Part shown: in pieces, positions 16,011-64,000 of the stretch
How positions within the stretch are numbered: the first letter of the stretch is position 1
Layout: each line of letters opens with the position of its first letter
The notes under the pieces: model-generated
What the model was told of the DNA's origin: nothing
Databases searched by the model: none
What the model saw: only the letters and a program-made list of their open reading frames with translations
Program-made: the position numbers and the translations under genes
Assembly: GCF_009914755.1 (NCBI RefSeq)
Contig: NC_060936.1
Length of the DNA: 64,000 bases
Direction: 5' to 3' (one strand)
Source: the human T2T-CHM13v2.0 reference genome, Homo sapiens

Positions 16011-17689
16011 TAAAGCCCTCTGTGCCGGTCCCTCATTTCTAGTTATTACAAAGCCCTTTCAGATCTAGCAGAAACACCCTGTGAAGTCCATTCCCGAGTC
16101 CTCGTTCCACCATTGGCAACACTGCTACGTGTCTGCCCTCACCCACCAGCCATGTGTGGTCTGTGGCCACGGGGCGCATGTTTTGTCTCTGTGTTGCTCG
16201 CTGTCCCGTGGGGGGGCTCCAGCCAGCTCCCTGCATCCTTGGTGCTCCATGGTCACCTGTTGCCTTCGGCGGCCAGCCCGTGAGGCCCAGGCCACAGCCC
16301 TCCTGCCTGTTAGGAGTTTGGTACAGGAATAGGGAAAAGGGAGAGGGATGTAGCAGCAGCCAGCTCTAAAGATCCTCTCCCATTGTTCCAAGGAGTCAGT
16401 CTTTTTCTGCAGGCAAGCCATGGAAGGATTTTAAGTAGTGGAGTGACACCGTGAGACTTCGGCCTTACCCGATTGATTCATCCTGCCTCAAGGCGTCTGG
16501 GTCAGGTGGTCAGGAAAGGCCTGGACAGTGAGAGTGAGTCCAGGTTGCTGCAGGCTTTTAGGTGAAAGACAAGAGGCCCCAAAGACCTCTTCAGTAGAGA
16601 TGAGAGGGACGAGACCTTTCCAGACCTGGTGAGTTACAGGCCATGAGGAGTGAAAAAGAAGATCGGGTTAAGATTTCTGGCTCTGAGGACTGTCCTCCCA
16701 GGGCAGCCAGAAGCTTGGTCCTTCCTGTCTCAGTGGTCCTTGTGGATTTCAGTTGAATGGAACTGTCCTTTGTGGCTTTGAAGGGTTATGTATCGGGGAA
16801 GAGGGACTATCTCTCACCCAAACCAGGACACCTAAAGATTAGCAAAGGTTACCTGCTCCCAGGAGAAACCTGTTGCTGGGAGTGTCATTGAGGCTTGTTA
16901 GCAAGGAATGGCCTGCACCGTGGGACGCGTCGGGCCACCTGGTCCCAGGGATGCTGCGGTATAAGTGGTAAGGGATAGGGGAGCTTTTGAGGAGGACCAG
17001 ACGTTGTCTCCCCACCAGGAACGGGCTGAGAGAGCCTCCTGAGCACAAGGAGGAAGCTCCTGTCAATTCGAGGAGACCCCTGTGTGAGAAGAAGGGCAGG
17101 AAGGCTCCAAAGGGGGTCTTCACGGCAGCCGCTCACATAGACACTCGTGTCTAGTGTCAAGTGGGAGGGTGGCACTAATGGCTGCTGCCATCTGTGCCAG
17201 CTAGCAGCTGCCTGCTCCGCTCCATCATTGTTATTTATGTTACCTAGGACTCTTCTGTGTTGCCGGTGCCAGCCCCTGCTGGGGCATGTGGAGGTCGTGG
17301 AGGACAGGGCATGGGCTCACGAGGACGCAGCTCCATCCAGCTGCTTGCCTGTGGCTTTTTCTGCTCAGGAGTCACGTTTTGGCTCAGGCTTCCCTGATCC
17401 ACATGAGCAGATTGAGGACGGTGGTTTGACCTTCTTCTGTCTCTGCCTAGGGCTTAGTTCTTTCAGAAATGAGCATTGGGATCAGGGTAGGGAATGCTAC
17501 TCTGTTGCTATTGGGAAGAGAAGGGTCAGAATTACCAAGTTCAAACCGCACCCAGATGTCCCACCTCCTACTTGCAACTCCACTGTAGTGATGGAAATGC
17601 TAGTGTATTTTTGGTCCTTTTGGCACTAACTACCCTGTCACGCTTTTGGAGTTTCTGATTCTTGAGAGGCAAGTAGTCTACCGATTGGG

Positions 17690-17965
17690 AGCTAGGCAGC
17701 CTAGTTTGGGATCCCAGCCCCTCTTCTCACTAGGAGCATGACCCGGGGAGGTTACTTAGCTTCTCTGCACCTTAGTTTCCTCAAGTCTGAGGTGGGAATA
17801 GTAATATTACCTACTTGGGAGGGCTGTTGTAAGAACTAAGTGGGTTAACAGATAGATACAATGTATTTAGATAGGTATCAGTTATCTGTTGATAATAATA
17901 TTACCTACTTGGCAGGATTGTTGTAAGAACTAAGTAGGTTAATAGATACAATGTATTTAGATAGG
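17690..17965 (+). mobile_element. MIR, partly duplicated
   Basis: gttacttagcttctctgcaccttagtttcctc...aatagtaatattacctac. Confidence 0.6.
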
Positions 17966-18498
17966 TGTCAGTTATCTGTTGCCCTTGTATCAAATCACTG
18001 CCCCAACATAGTGCCTTAAGATAGCAACATTTATTTTGCTTGAGTTTGCAGTTTGAGCAGGGCTTGGTGGAGTTGTCTTTTTGCTGTTGTACGTAACATC
18101 TGTTTGGACAGCTTAACTGGGGCTGGAGGATCTATTTTTGAGATGGCTCCTTGATGTGGCAGAGAAGTTGGTGCTACCCCTTGGCTGGGTGCTCAGCTGG
18201 GCTGTGAACTGGAGCCTTGAGTCTTCTGTCTGCACCAGCTGCTTGGGCTTCCTTACAAAATGGTTGCTCGGTTCCACAAGTAAGTGCCCCAAGAGAATAA
18301 GGTGAAAGTATTTTTATAACCTCAGAAGTCATGAGGTTCCCTGTTCTCTGTTAGTCACAGCAGTCATAAAGGCTCACCTGATTTCAAGAGGAAGAAACAC
18401 AGCTTCTACCTGTGTGTGGAGAAGCAGCAAGGTTCCAGAAGAGCATGGAAGGTGAAAGATAATGCGGTGGCCATTTATGGAAAATAAAATCTGCCGCA
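17966..18498. mobile_element. MaLR LTR (MLT1F-like)
   Basis: Starts tgtcagttatctgttgc, ends tggaaaataaaatctgccgca. Confidence 0.65.
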
Positions 18499-19196
18499 GG
18501 ATAGGTTTTGGCATACAGTAAACCTCAACAAATGTTTGCTACCAGTAGTTTAAAATCATCATCTGCATTCCTCATCCCCGACTCCTCTTCCTTAGAGAGA
18601 TGGTAGTATAGTGCAGTGGTTAAGTGCATCTGCTCTGGTGGCAAGCTGCTAGGGGCCAAAGCCTGGCTCAGCCCTTATAGCTGTGTGATCTTGGACAGAT
18701 TGTTTAGCCTCTTGGCAAATTTCTTGAAAGATAAACAAACCACCAAAGCTTTCTCAATAAGAATAGAAAACCTGAGTGGCCCTATATGTACTGAAGAAGG
18801 TTAATATGTAATAAAAACTTTCCCAGAAAGAAAACTTCAGGCCCAGATAGCTTTCCTGGTGAACGGTATACATTAGGGAAGAAATAATACCAATTTGACA
18901 CAAATTCTTCCAGAAAATTGAAAAGGAGGAAATATTTTCTAGCCCATTTTATGAGGCCAGCATTACCTTGATACCCAAACCAGCAAAGACCTCACAAGGA
19001 AAGAAACCTCAGACCAACATTCTACACGGATGTAGATGCAAAAAATTTAAACAATTTTGCAAATGCAATAATATATAAAAAGGATAATACATCATGACTA
19101 GGGGGACTTAGCTCAGGAATGCAGGGTTGGTTTAATGTTCAAAAATCAATCATTGTAATTCACTATATTAACCAAAGGAAAAAGAAAAACCATATA

Positions 19197-19425
19197 CAGG
19201 TTGAATATCCCTTATCCAAAATGCTTGGGTCCAGAAGTATTTCCGATTTTTAATTTTTTTCAGATTTTGGAGTATTTGCGTTATACTTACTGGTTGAGTA
19301 TTTCTAACCTGAATATCCAGAATGCTCCAGTGAACGTTTTCTTTGAGTGTCATGTTGGTGCTCAAAAAGTTTGGAATTTTGGAGCATTTGGATTTCAGAT
19401 TTTCGGATTAGGGATTCTCAAGCTG
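19197..19425. mobile_element. Tigger4/MER46-like DNA transposon nested in L1
   Basis: TIRs caggttgaatatccct / agggattctcaagctg, preceded by TA. Confidence 0.8.
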
Positions 19426-20156
19426 AAATCATCTCGAAGTAGACACAGAAAGTGTTTGACAAAATGCAACACCCATTCATGGTAAGATCTCACAACAAAC
19501 TAGGCACAGAAAGGAATTTCCTCAGACTGATAAAGGATATCTACGAGAAACTTCTAGCTTACATCATACTGAGTGGTGAAAAACTGAATGCTTTTCCCCT
19601 AAGATCAGGAATGAGACAAAGATATCCCTTCTCATCATTTTTATTCAGTATTGTAAGGGAGCTTCTAAACAGTGCCATAAGGCAAGAAAAACGAAAGGCA
19701 TCTGGATTAGAAAGGAAGAAATAAAACTGTCCTTATTCTCAGACAACATGATCTTCTGTATAGAAACGCCCATGACATATTTACAAAAGAGGCCACTAGA
19801 CCTTTTAAGTGAGTTTATCAAGGTTGCAGGCTAGAAGGCCAACATATAAAAATCAGCTGTATTTCTGTATCCTAACAACAAACAATTGGAAATTGAGATT
19901 AAAAGGCAACTTCATTTGCAACAGCATCGGAAATATAAAAGACTTAGTGATAAATCTAAGAAAAGATGTGTCAGGTCTGTATACTGAAAGCTGTAAAATA
20001 TTACTAAGAAAATTTAAAAAGATCAAAATAAACTGACAGATATACCATATTCATGGGTTTTTAAGAGTCTCCCCAATAGATCTGACATAATTTCAATCAA
20101 ATCCCAGCAGACTTTTTTTTTTAAGTAGAAATTGACTAATTATTATTATTAATTAA

Positions 20157-20745
<589 letters not shown>

Positions 20746-21834
20746 CTAATTTTTTTACTTAAAAAAAATTTTTTTTTTGTAGAGATAGGGTCTCACTATA
20801 TTCCCCAGGCTAGGTTTCTATTGATTGATTGATTGATTGGACTCTTGGATTAGGGACAAAGAAATTGACTAATTCTAAAGTTCATATGGAAGTTCAAATT
20901 TTTTTACTTTTTAAATTTTTTTTTTTTGTAGAGGTAGGGTCTCACTATATTCCCCAGGCTGGGTATGCATGTATGTATGTATTTATTTATTTGGACTCCT
21001 GGATTAGGGACAAAGAAATTGACTAATTCTAAAGTTTATATGGAAGTTCAGAAGAACTGGGCTAGCCAAAACAACTTTGAAAAAAATATGAACAAAGTTG
21101 GAGGATTAACACTGCCTGATTTTAAGACTTATAAAGCCTCAGTAACCAAGACATCGAGGTATTGATGTGAAATCTTTGTTTTTATTTTTCTTTTTTAAAG
21201 ACAGTGTCTTTCTGTGTTGTCCAGGCTGGCTTGAACTACTGGGCTAAGGTGATCCTCTCACCTCAGCCTCCTAGGCACTGGGACTACAGGCTTACACCAC
21301 TGTGCCTTGATGTGGAATCTTTTTTATTTTAATTTTTTTGTAGAGACAAGATCTCACTGCGTTGCCCAGGTTAATCTTGAACTCTTGGGCTCAAGTGATC
21401 CTCCCCACCTTAGCCTGATGTGAAATCTTTATGACCAGGGGTTAGGCAAAGATTTCTTAGATATGATATCAAAAGTATTAATCCATAAAAAGAATAAATG
21501 GATAAGTTGGCCTTCATCAAAATTTGTAAAACTTCTGTTTTAGTGACCTTTGAAAGGCACTGTTAGAAAAGAATGAGAAGACAAACCACAAATGGGAAAA
21601 TATTTGCAAATCATCATGTATCTGATAGACTTGTATCCAGAGTGTATAAAAGAGCTCTCAATTTAATAATAAAAAAAAAGAAAAAGGTGAAAGATCTGGA
21701 CACTTCAAAGAAGATAGATGGTAAATAAACATATGGAAAGTTGTGCAACATTATTGTTAGGAAAATGCAAATTTCAAGCATGAACATGAAAAACAATGAT
21801 ATACCACTACCCATCTTTTGAAATGCTTAAAGTT

Positions 21835-22128
21835 GGCCAGGCGCAGCAGCCCATGCCTGTGATCCCAACACTTTGGGAGGCCGAGGCGGGCAGATCACCT
21901 GAGGTTCGGAATTCAAGGCCAGCCTGGCCAACATGGTGAAACGTCTCTACTAAAAATATTTAAAAATTAGCCAGGCATGGTGGTGCGTGCCTGTAATCCC
22001 AGCTACTCAGGAGGCTGAGGCAGGAGGATCACTTGAACCCAGGAAGTGGAGGTTTTAGTGAGCTGAGATGGCACCACTGCACTCCAGCCTGGGCGACAGA
22101 GTGAGACCGTCTCAAAAAAAAAAAAAAA
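21835..22128 (+). mobile_element. AluS inside L1
   Basis: Full dimer; TSD aaatgcttaaa. Confidence 0.94.
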
Positions 22129-22748
22129 TGCTTAAAAAGAGCGAGCATATCAACAGTTGGTGGAGATGTGGAGGAACTGGAACTCTCATATACTGCTAGT
22201 GAGAATGTAAAATGGTACAATCATTTTGGAAAACAGTTTGGCAGTTTTGTAAAAAGTTAAACATGTGATCTAGCTATTTCACCTCTAGCTTTACCAAAAG
22301 AAACAAAAAGTGTACATCCACACAAAGCCCTGAATGAATGTTCATAGCAACTTTGAAATAACCCAAAACTAGAAACAATCTTAGCTGTTCATCAACAGGT
22401 GAATGGATAAACTGTGGTATATTTATTACTCAGCAAAGAAACAGAATGAACTGTTGGTACACAGTGCAATGTGGATGAGTTTTTAAATAATTATTCTGAG
22501 TGAAAGAATCCAAGCAAAAAAAAAGACTACATACTGTATTATTCCATTTATATAATACATCATGTAAATATATATATTATATGTAATAATAGATGCAGAT
22601 TCATCTAATAGTAACAGAATGCAGCTCAGTGGTTGCCTGGGCATGGATGGGCAAGGAGGCACGGGAGGGTTATGGATATGTTATCTTGATTGTTGTGATG
22701 ATTTTACAGATATGCACGTAGGTCAAAATGTATCAAACTGTATTCTTA

Positions 22749-23414
<666 letters not shown>

Positions 23415-23604
23415 GCAGGGAGCTGGGGAAGTAAGTTGCATGTGGCTGGACCTCATTGCTCATGACTGGCAATTCAAGATCAGAAGGACCTTTTGCAACC
23501 CAGCAGGCCTTTGAGCCCTGTCAGTCTCCTGTCCCTTGCATGGTTGTAAGCCTTACACATTTGCTTTCTGCCAACTGTGCAAATCCCAGTATCAAAACAT
23601 TAGA

Positions 23605-23901
23605 TTTTTTTTTTTTTTTTTGAGACGGAGTCTTGCTCTGTCCCCCAGGCTAGAGTAGTGATGCGATTTTGGCTCACTGCAACCTCCGCCTCCCAGGTTC
23701 AAGTGATTCTCATGCCTCAGCCTCCTGAGTAGCTGGGATTACAGGCACCTTCCACCACGCCTGGCTACTTTTTGTATTTTTAGTAGAGTTGAGGTTTTGT
23801 CATGTTGGCCATGCTGGTCTTGAACTCCTGATCTCAGGTGATCCGTCCACCTTGGCCTCCCAAAGTGCTGGGATTACAGGCGTGAGCCACCGTGCTCAGC
23901 C
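23605..23901 (-). mobile_element. AluS
   Basis: TSD caaaacattagatt. Confidence 0.95.
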
Positions 23902-24992
23902 CAAAACATTAGATTCTTTATCTTCCTTCGGGTGGATCATTTACAATGCAGATTTACAGATTTCTCTCAGATTCACTTCTTCCCAATGAATGCGTCATTT
24001 CTTGGTGCCGTTGTTTACTGTGTGTAAACTACTGAATTTCAGGATTATTGTGACAAACCCAACTCAGACTCAATGGGATCTGTTTATCAGCTTGGATTTT
24101 GGAAATTAAGGGGTAGATTTCAGGCACAGCTGGATTCCAGAGGTGCAGCTGGTGTTAGTGTTATCTATTGGTTATTGTTTTGTTGTCTGCTGACTTCCTT
24201 CTCAGGCAAGTTTTCCCCATGTGGTGGCAGAGGCAGCCGCCAGCAACAACAGGGAAAGAGCCCCTCCTTCCTAATTGGCCTGGGAACAGTTTCAAGTTCA
24301 GCTGTCACTGGCTGGACTTGGGTCAGCAGCTATGCCTGAATGCCCAAGGGAGATGAGGGGCTTATTGCCAGGCCCAGGTCACCTGCCTGGGAACCAGGGG
24401 TGGAGTTGGCCAGAGCCAAACAATGTGGACAGAGAGCAAGGAGGGGATGTTCTACAGAGACAGATGGCCCAGTGTTGCTGGGAGAGGAGGGCGTGGCTGT
24501 CAGCAGGGAAGAGCAACAGATGGCCCTGCACCAGGGGACAAATCCAGTTGTTTTTAATTTTTAACTAAGTAGGATATTAATATGCTTCCAAAAGTCAAAG
24601 GATTCAAAAAGGGTCTGTCTACCCTATTCCTTATAGCCCTTGTAGGGCGACTGATTTCATTGACTTCTCATTTTTCCTTCCTGTGTTTCTTTTGGTAAAG
24701 ATAAGTCGATGTATTTATGTTTTCTTGTTTCCTCCCTTTTGTACACATTAGAGAGCATACTATTTGTACTCTTTTGTACTTGCTTTTTTCACTTATCAAG
24801 AGAAAGGAAAACATTTGTAACCAGCTGTGCTAATTCTTGCCATTATCAGTACACAGCATGGAGGTTGATTTGAAGATGACGGGATGTCCATGTGAGCATA
24901 TGAAGGGACTGCCAGGCTTTTCTTCTGCCAAACGGTGTCTTTTTGCTCTTAAGCCTGGGTGCCAAGTGAATCTCTCTCCTCTTCCAATGCAG

Positions 24993-60704
<35,712 letters not shown>

Positions 60705-63215
60705 CCCAGCGCCCGAAAGCCGTCTCTTCTATGCAATAACACAATAGTATTACTCTACTGCGATGTACGGAACTGCGGTGTGTGTACACATACTCACGTA
60801 TATGCACATATTTATATACAGGAAGAAAAAAGACAGACAAGATGGGGCTTGGTTTATAACCACCTTGCCCTGTCTTCCTTAACTCCAGAAGCCAGTTTGG
60901 TGAGGGGTGGGGGTGCGGCCACCAGGTCTGAGCTCTTCCTACTGTGGAAGGCTCCAGAAGGCCCTTCACAAGGAGACCCCTCACCTGGATCCAGTCGACT
61001 GCGGGGCTTGCCCCTCATGTGGGCTGGCCTCCATCGGCCACGTCCAAAGCTGTCACTGCTACTGCTTCAGGCTCACATCCCCCCGACCTGATGGCGTGCC
61101 CGCCCCCTCTCCCTGCGGCCCATGCCACAGGTTTCTGTGTTTTGCTTTAGGGACAGAACCACTTAGGAAGGAAAGAACTCCCGGTCTCCAGGGTGGTATT
61201 TCAGTGTCTGTGATAATGTCACGCAACACCTCTTCGGGGACCAGTGCCCAGGATCTAATGGAAGCGGAATTGGGGCAACTGGGCCCATGTGGCCAGAGCT
61301 CAGTTAGCCAGTGCCGGGCGGCCACAGATTACACTGACCAATCTCCTCCCTTGGCTCTGCAAGCCTCCCACCCAGCCTTCTCTGGCTTAACCCTTGTTGG
61401 CGAAAACTCTTCCACAGTGGCCTCCTTGGGGACCCAGAACCCGGAGGAAGGGGCATGAGGCAGGAAGTGGGGCCGATGTCTGCAACCCAGACCACTTCGT
61501 GGAATGGGCTCTTGACCAAATCCCTTTTTTTGCGATTTACCCGTTCAAGCAAAACAACGTTTTGGTTAACTAAGGATTGTGCTAAAGCCGATACCAGGTC
61601 CTTCACACGTGTGCACTAGGAACAGGAGCGAACAGCACAGAGAGACGCTCCCTGTGGGACGCAGCAGCCCCGTGGCCCCGGCCCAGTTCCCAGCCACCCT
61701 CCCTGGCTCTGCTCACACCAGAGATTTCCATAGCAGGAGCGGTTGGTGCAGAAGTAGGTTCAGATGAACCTCAGTTAACGTCGCCACCCCTCCTCCCACC
61801 ATGGTACCCTGTAGGAGCCCTGTATGACATCTGAGCGTGGTGGAGGTAGGAGGGTTGCCAGCTGCAGTGACCCTGCCACAGAGGCAGGGTCAGTGCAGAG
61901 GTCGCTTTGGTTCCGCTTCCCTGGGCCACAGAACGGAACACAGCATAGGTTCTGCAGCAGGAGCCGCAGTGGCAGGATGGAGGGTGCGAAGGGCAAGGAG
62001 TGCACTGCTGGGCATTCCTGGCCAGCCCCGGCCCTCTGGTGCCTGCTTCCTGTGACTTCAGAAGGCAGGTGGACAGAGCCTCCCTCTGGCCTTGTCCTCT
62101 TCCCAGCCACAGAACGGGCAGGGTGGCACCCGACCCCAGGGGAGCAGTACCTGGTCCCCCACCCCCTCCTCCCAACCACCTCCAAGGCCAAGCTGGGTCC
62201 CATAGCCAGCACGGCATGGTTCTCCCCTTCCCCCCTTCCCAGGTCAGGGGAGTTGGACAAGTAGCAGGTGTTTGTTTTTAAAGCACAGCCCTTTGGGAAA
62301 GCAACACATTATTGAGACTCACTGTGATTCCCCCGGGAGTCAGACTGGCTTTGTCCTCTTCCTCTCTGGAGGGCCATGGGCCATCAGCAGGAGCTCCACA
62401 TCGAGCCCCAGGCCAGAACCCCCTCCCTTTCACAGAGAGGGAACTTTATTGCACAATTGGGTGCCTTTTAGCTTTTGTGTGTTGAAATGGGCGTTTTGGA
62501 AGCAAGGGTCAGGGGACAGCTTCTAAAGGTGTGAGTCTCTGACCTGAGCATCTGGGCCTCGCCTGGGCCCTTCTTCCTCCCCAGGGGTGGAAACGTGGAG
62601 GGGCCAGCAGCACCCCGGGGTCTGCCCAGGGGAGTCAAGGCCCCGAGGTGGGGGGGCCTATTCCAGGAGGAGTGGGATCTCGGCCCTGTCCAGAGCGAGT
62701 TAATGTGTCCATCTGCCCAACCCTGTCCTGAGAAAGGACCTGGTTTTGGCCAGGACCTGACAAATACCCAATGGCAGCAGTGTCAACAGACGGGAGTCCA
62801 GCCAGGGTGGGTGCCCTTGTCATTGAGGTTAGGGACAGCTATCCCCAGGTTATGCCTGGCCCCACCCAGCAGGGAGTTGGGGTCCCCCCACAGGCTGTGA
62901 GCTCTGTGGGCCCTGGGATGTGATCTAGCTCAGATGCCTTCTCATCCTTGATGTCATAGTTGAGTGCACCCAAGTGGCACCCACTGGCGGCCAGGGGCAC
63001 AGCCTGGTGGTGGTGGCAATAGAACTGTGCCCCTCCTCAGCTCCTCGCTTCCCCTCCCACAGCCCCAGCCTTACTCCACCATGCGGACAATCATTTTGTA
63101 CGGATCACGGGAGCAATGCTGTACGGTTTTGTACACTGGTGGTTTGTTTCCTAGAAAACCCATTGTGTCTCTGGATTTCTAGCACATTACTAAAAGAGCC
63201 TCTGCTTTGTAAACA
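60705..63215 (+). other. TPCN1: TPCN1 3' UTR (end approximate)
   Basis: Alu-free sequence after the stop codon, running to a UGUA/ACUAAA/GU-rich 3'-end signature. Confidence 0.8.
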
Positions 63216-63260
63216 TGGCTGCTGCCTCTTGACTTCTGTGGCTTTGGGTATTGTCGGGAG
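63097..63260 (+). terminator. Non-canonical poly(A) site of TPCN1
   Basis: TGTA at 63097, 63120, 63130; ACTAAA 63189-63194; GU-rich tctgtggctttgggtattgtc downstream. Confidence 0.7.
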
Positions 63261-63394
63261 AGTGGCCCCATCCAAGGCCATGGCCATTCCTGATCCTGCC
63301 TCAGCCCCACCCCGAGCTGTGCCCTGGGGTCAGCCACTTGGCACTGGCCCCAGGTGAGGAAGAACTGGTAAAAGTTGGGGGTGTCATTTTCTCT

Positions 63395-64000
63395 ACACTT
63401 GAAATTTTGACTTTTTTTTTATTTGGAAAAGAGACAGTTGAATCCCTTTTCTTTACCAGCATAAGGCAGTCAGGCAAACCTAAGAGTTGCTTATTTCGGC
63501 AACATAAGGCGGGGTCATTGCATGACAGCAAGAAGGCACGAGGTCCCCTCATCTGTCCTTTCCCAGCTCGCAGGCCTTGGAACCCCGCCCAGGGCCCCGC
63601 TGAGGGAGGCACAGGCACAGTCCTACCGACTCCTGCCTGGCAGCTGGAGGAGCCCAGGTTCCAGCACAAAGGAGTCTGTGGACAGGCAGGGGCAGAATCC
63701 TGGAGGGAGCGCCTGAGCCACCATCCCATGTGGCAGCTGCTGGCGTAGCAGTGCCTCGGGCTGGCATCGTTTTGGAAGCAAGTGGGTTCAGTGAAGTGTG
63801 TTGCCACGAATAGCACCCGCTGCTTTTGGCTTTATTAACGTGGCAAGGAGAAATTCAAAATTAAGTATGTCTCGAATTCTGTTTGTGGCAGATGGTGCGG
63901 CTCTGGAGCTCAGCCCTCGGCGGCCTGATTCCCAGGGGTCCAAGCCACCCTCATTCTCTGAGTCAGGGTTGGGCAGCCACTTGTGTCCTGAGAAGGTGCC
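63395..64000 (-). other. SLC8B1: 3' UTR end of a convergent minus-strand gene (mitochondrial Na+/Ca2+ exchanger NCLX)
   Basis: Minus-strand AATAAA (tttatt on +) at 63418-63423 and 63831-63836. Gene identity comes only from recalled gene order; no coding sequence is in the window. Confidence 0.65.

Overview
Human-type (primate) genomic DNA containing most of TPCN1 (endolysosomal two-pore channel 1) on the + strand. The first ~25 kb is the distal part of a long upstream intron; the start-codon exon(s) lie upstream of the window. I traced 26 coding exons from 24993 to 60704, all with GT-AG junctions. They join into one frame of 2339 nt, matching residues ~38-816 of TPC1 as I recall the protein. 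A ~2.5 kb 3' UTR follows and ends near a non-canonical poly(A) site (~63190-63215). A 5'-tailed mirtron (MIR6762) lies at 56151-56236. The last ~600 bp looks like the 3' UTR of a convergent minus-strand gene, SLC8B1/NCLX by recalled synteny. The introns carry ~45 Alus, an old L1, MIR/L2, MLT1 LTRs and Tigger/hAT DNA transposons. I found no prokaryote-type or clearly new multi-gene system. The best second-look candidates are regulatory: a stop-free in-frame 204-nt intron between the two channel domains; a putative internal first exon with an AUGA stop/start overlap at Met69; a duplicated, self-complementary cluster of cryptic splice donors; a near-perfect fold-back palindrome split by an Alu; and the tail-to-tail TPCN1/SLC8B1 poly(A) arrangement. 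Exon numbers follow my recollection of the 28-exon reference model, and repeat boundaries are approximate.
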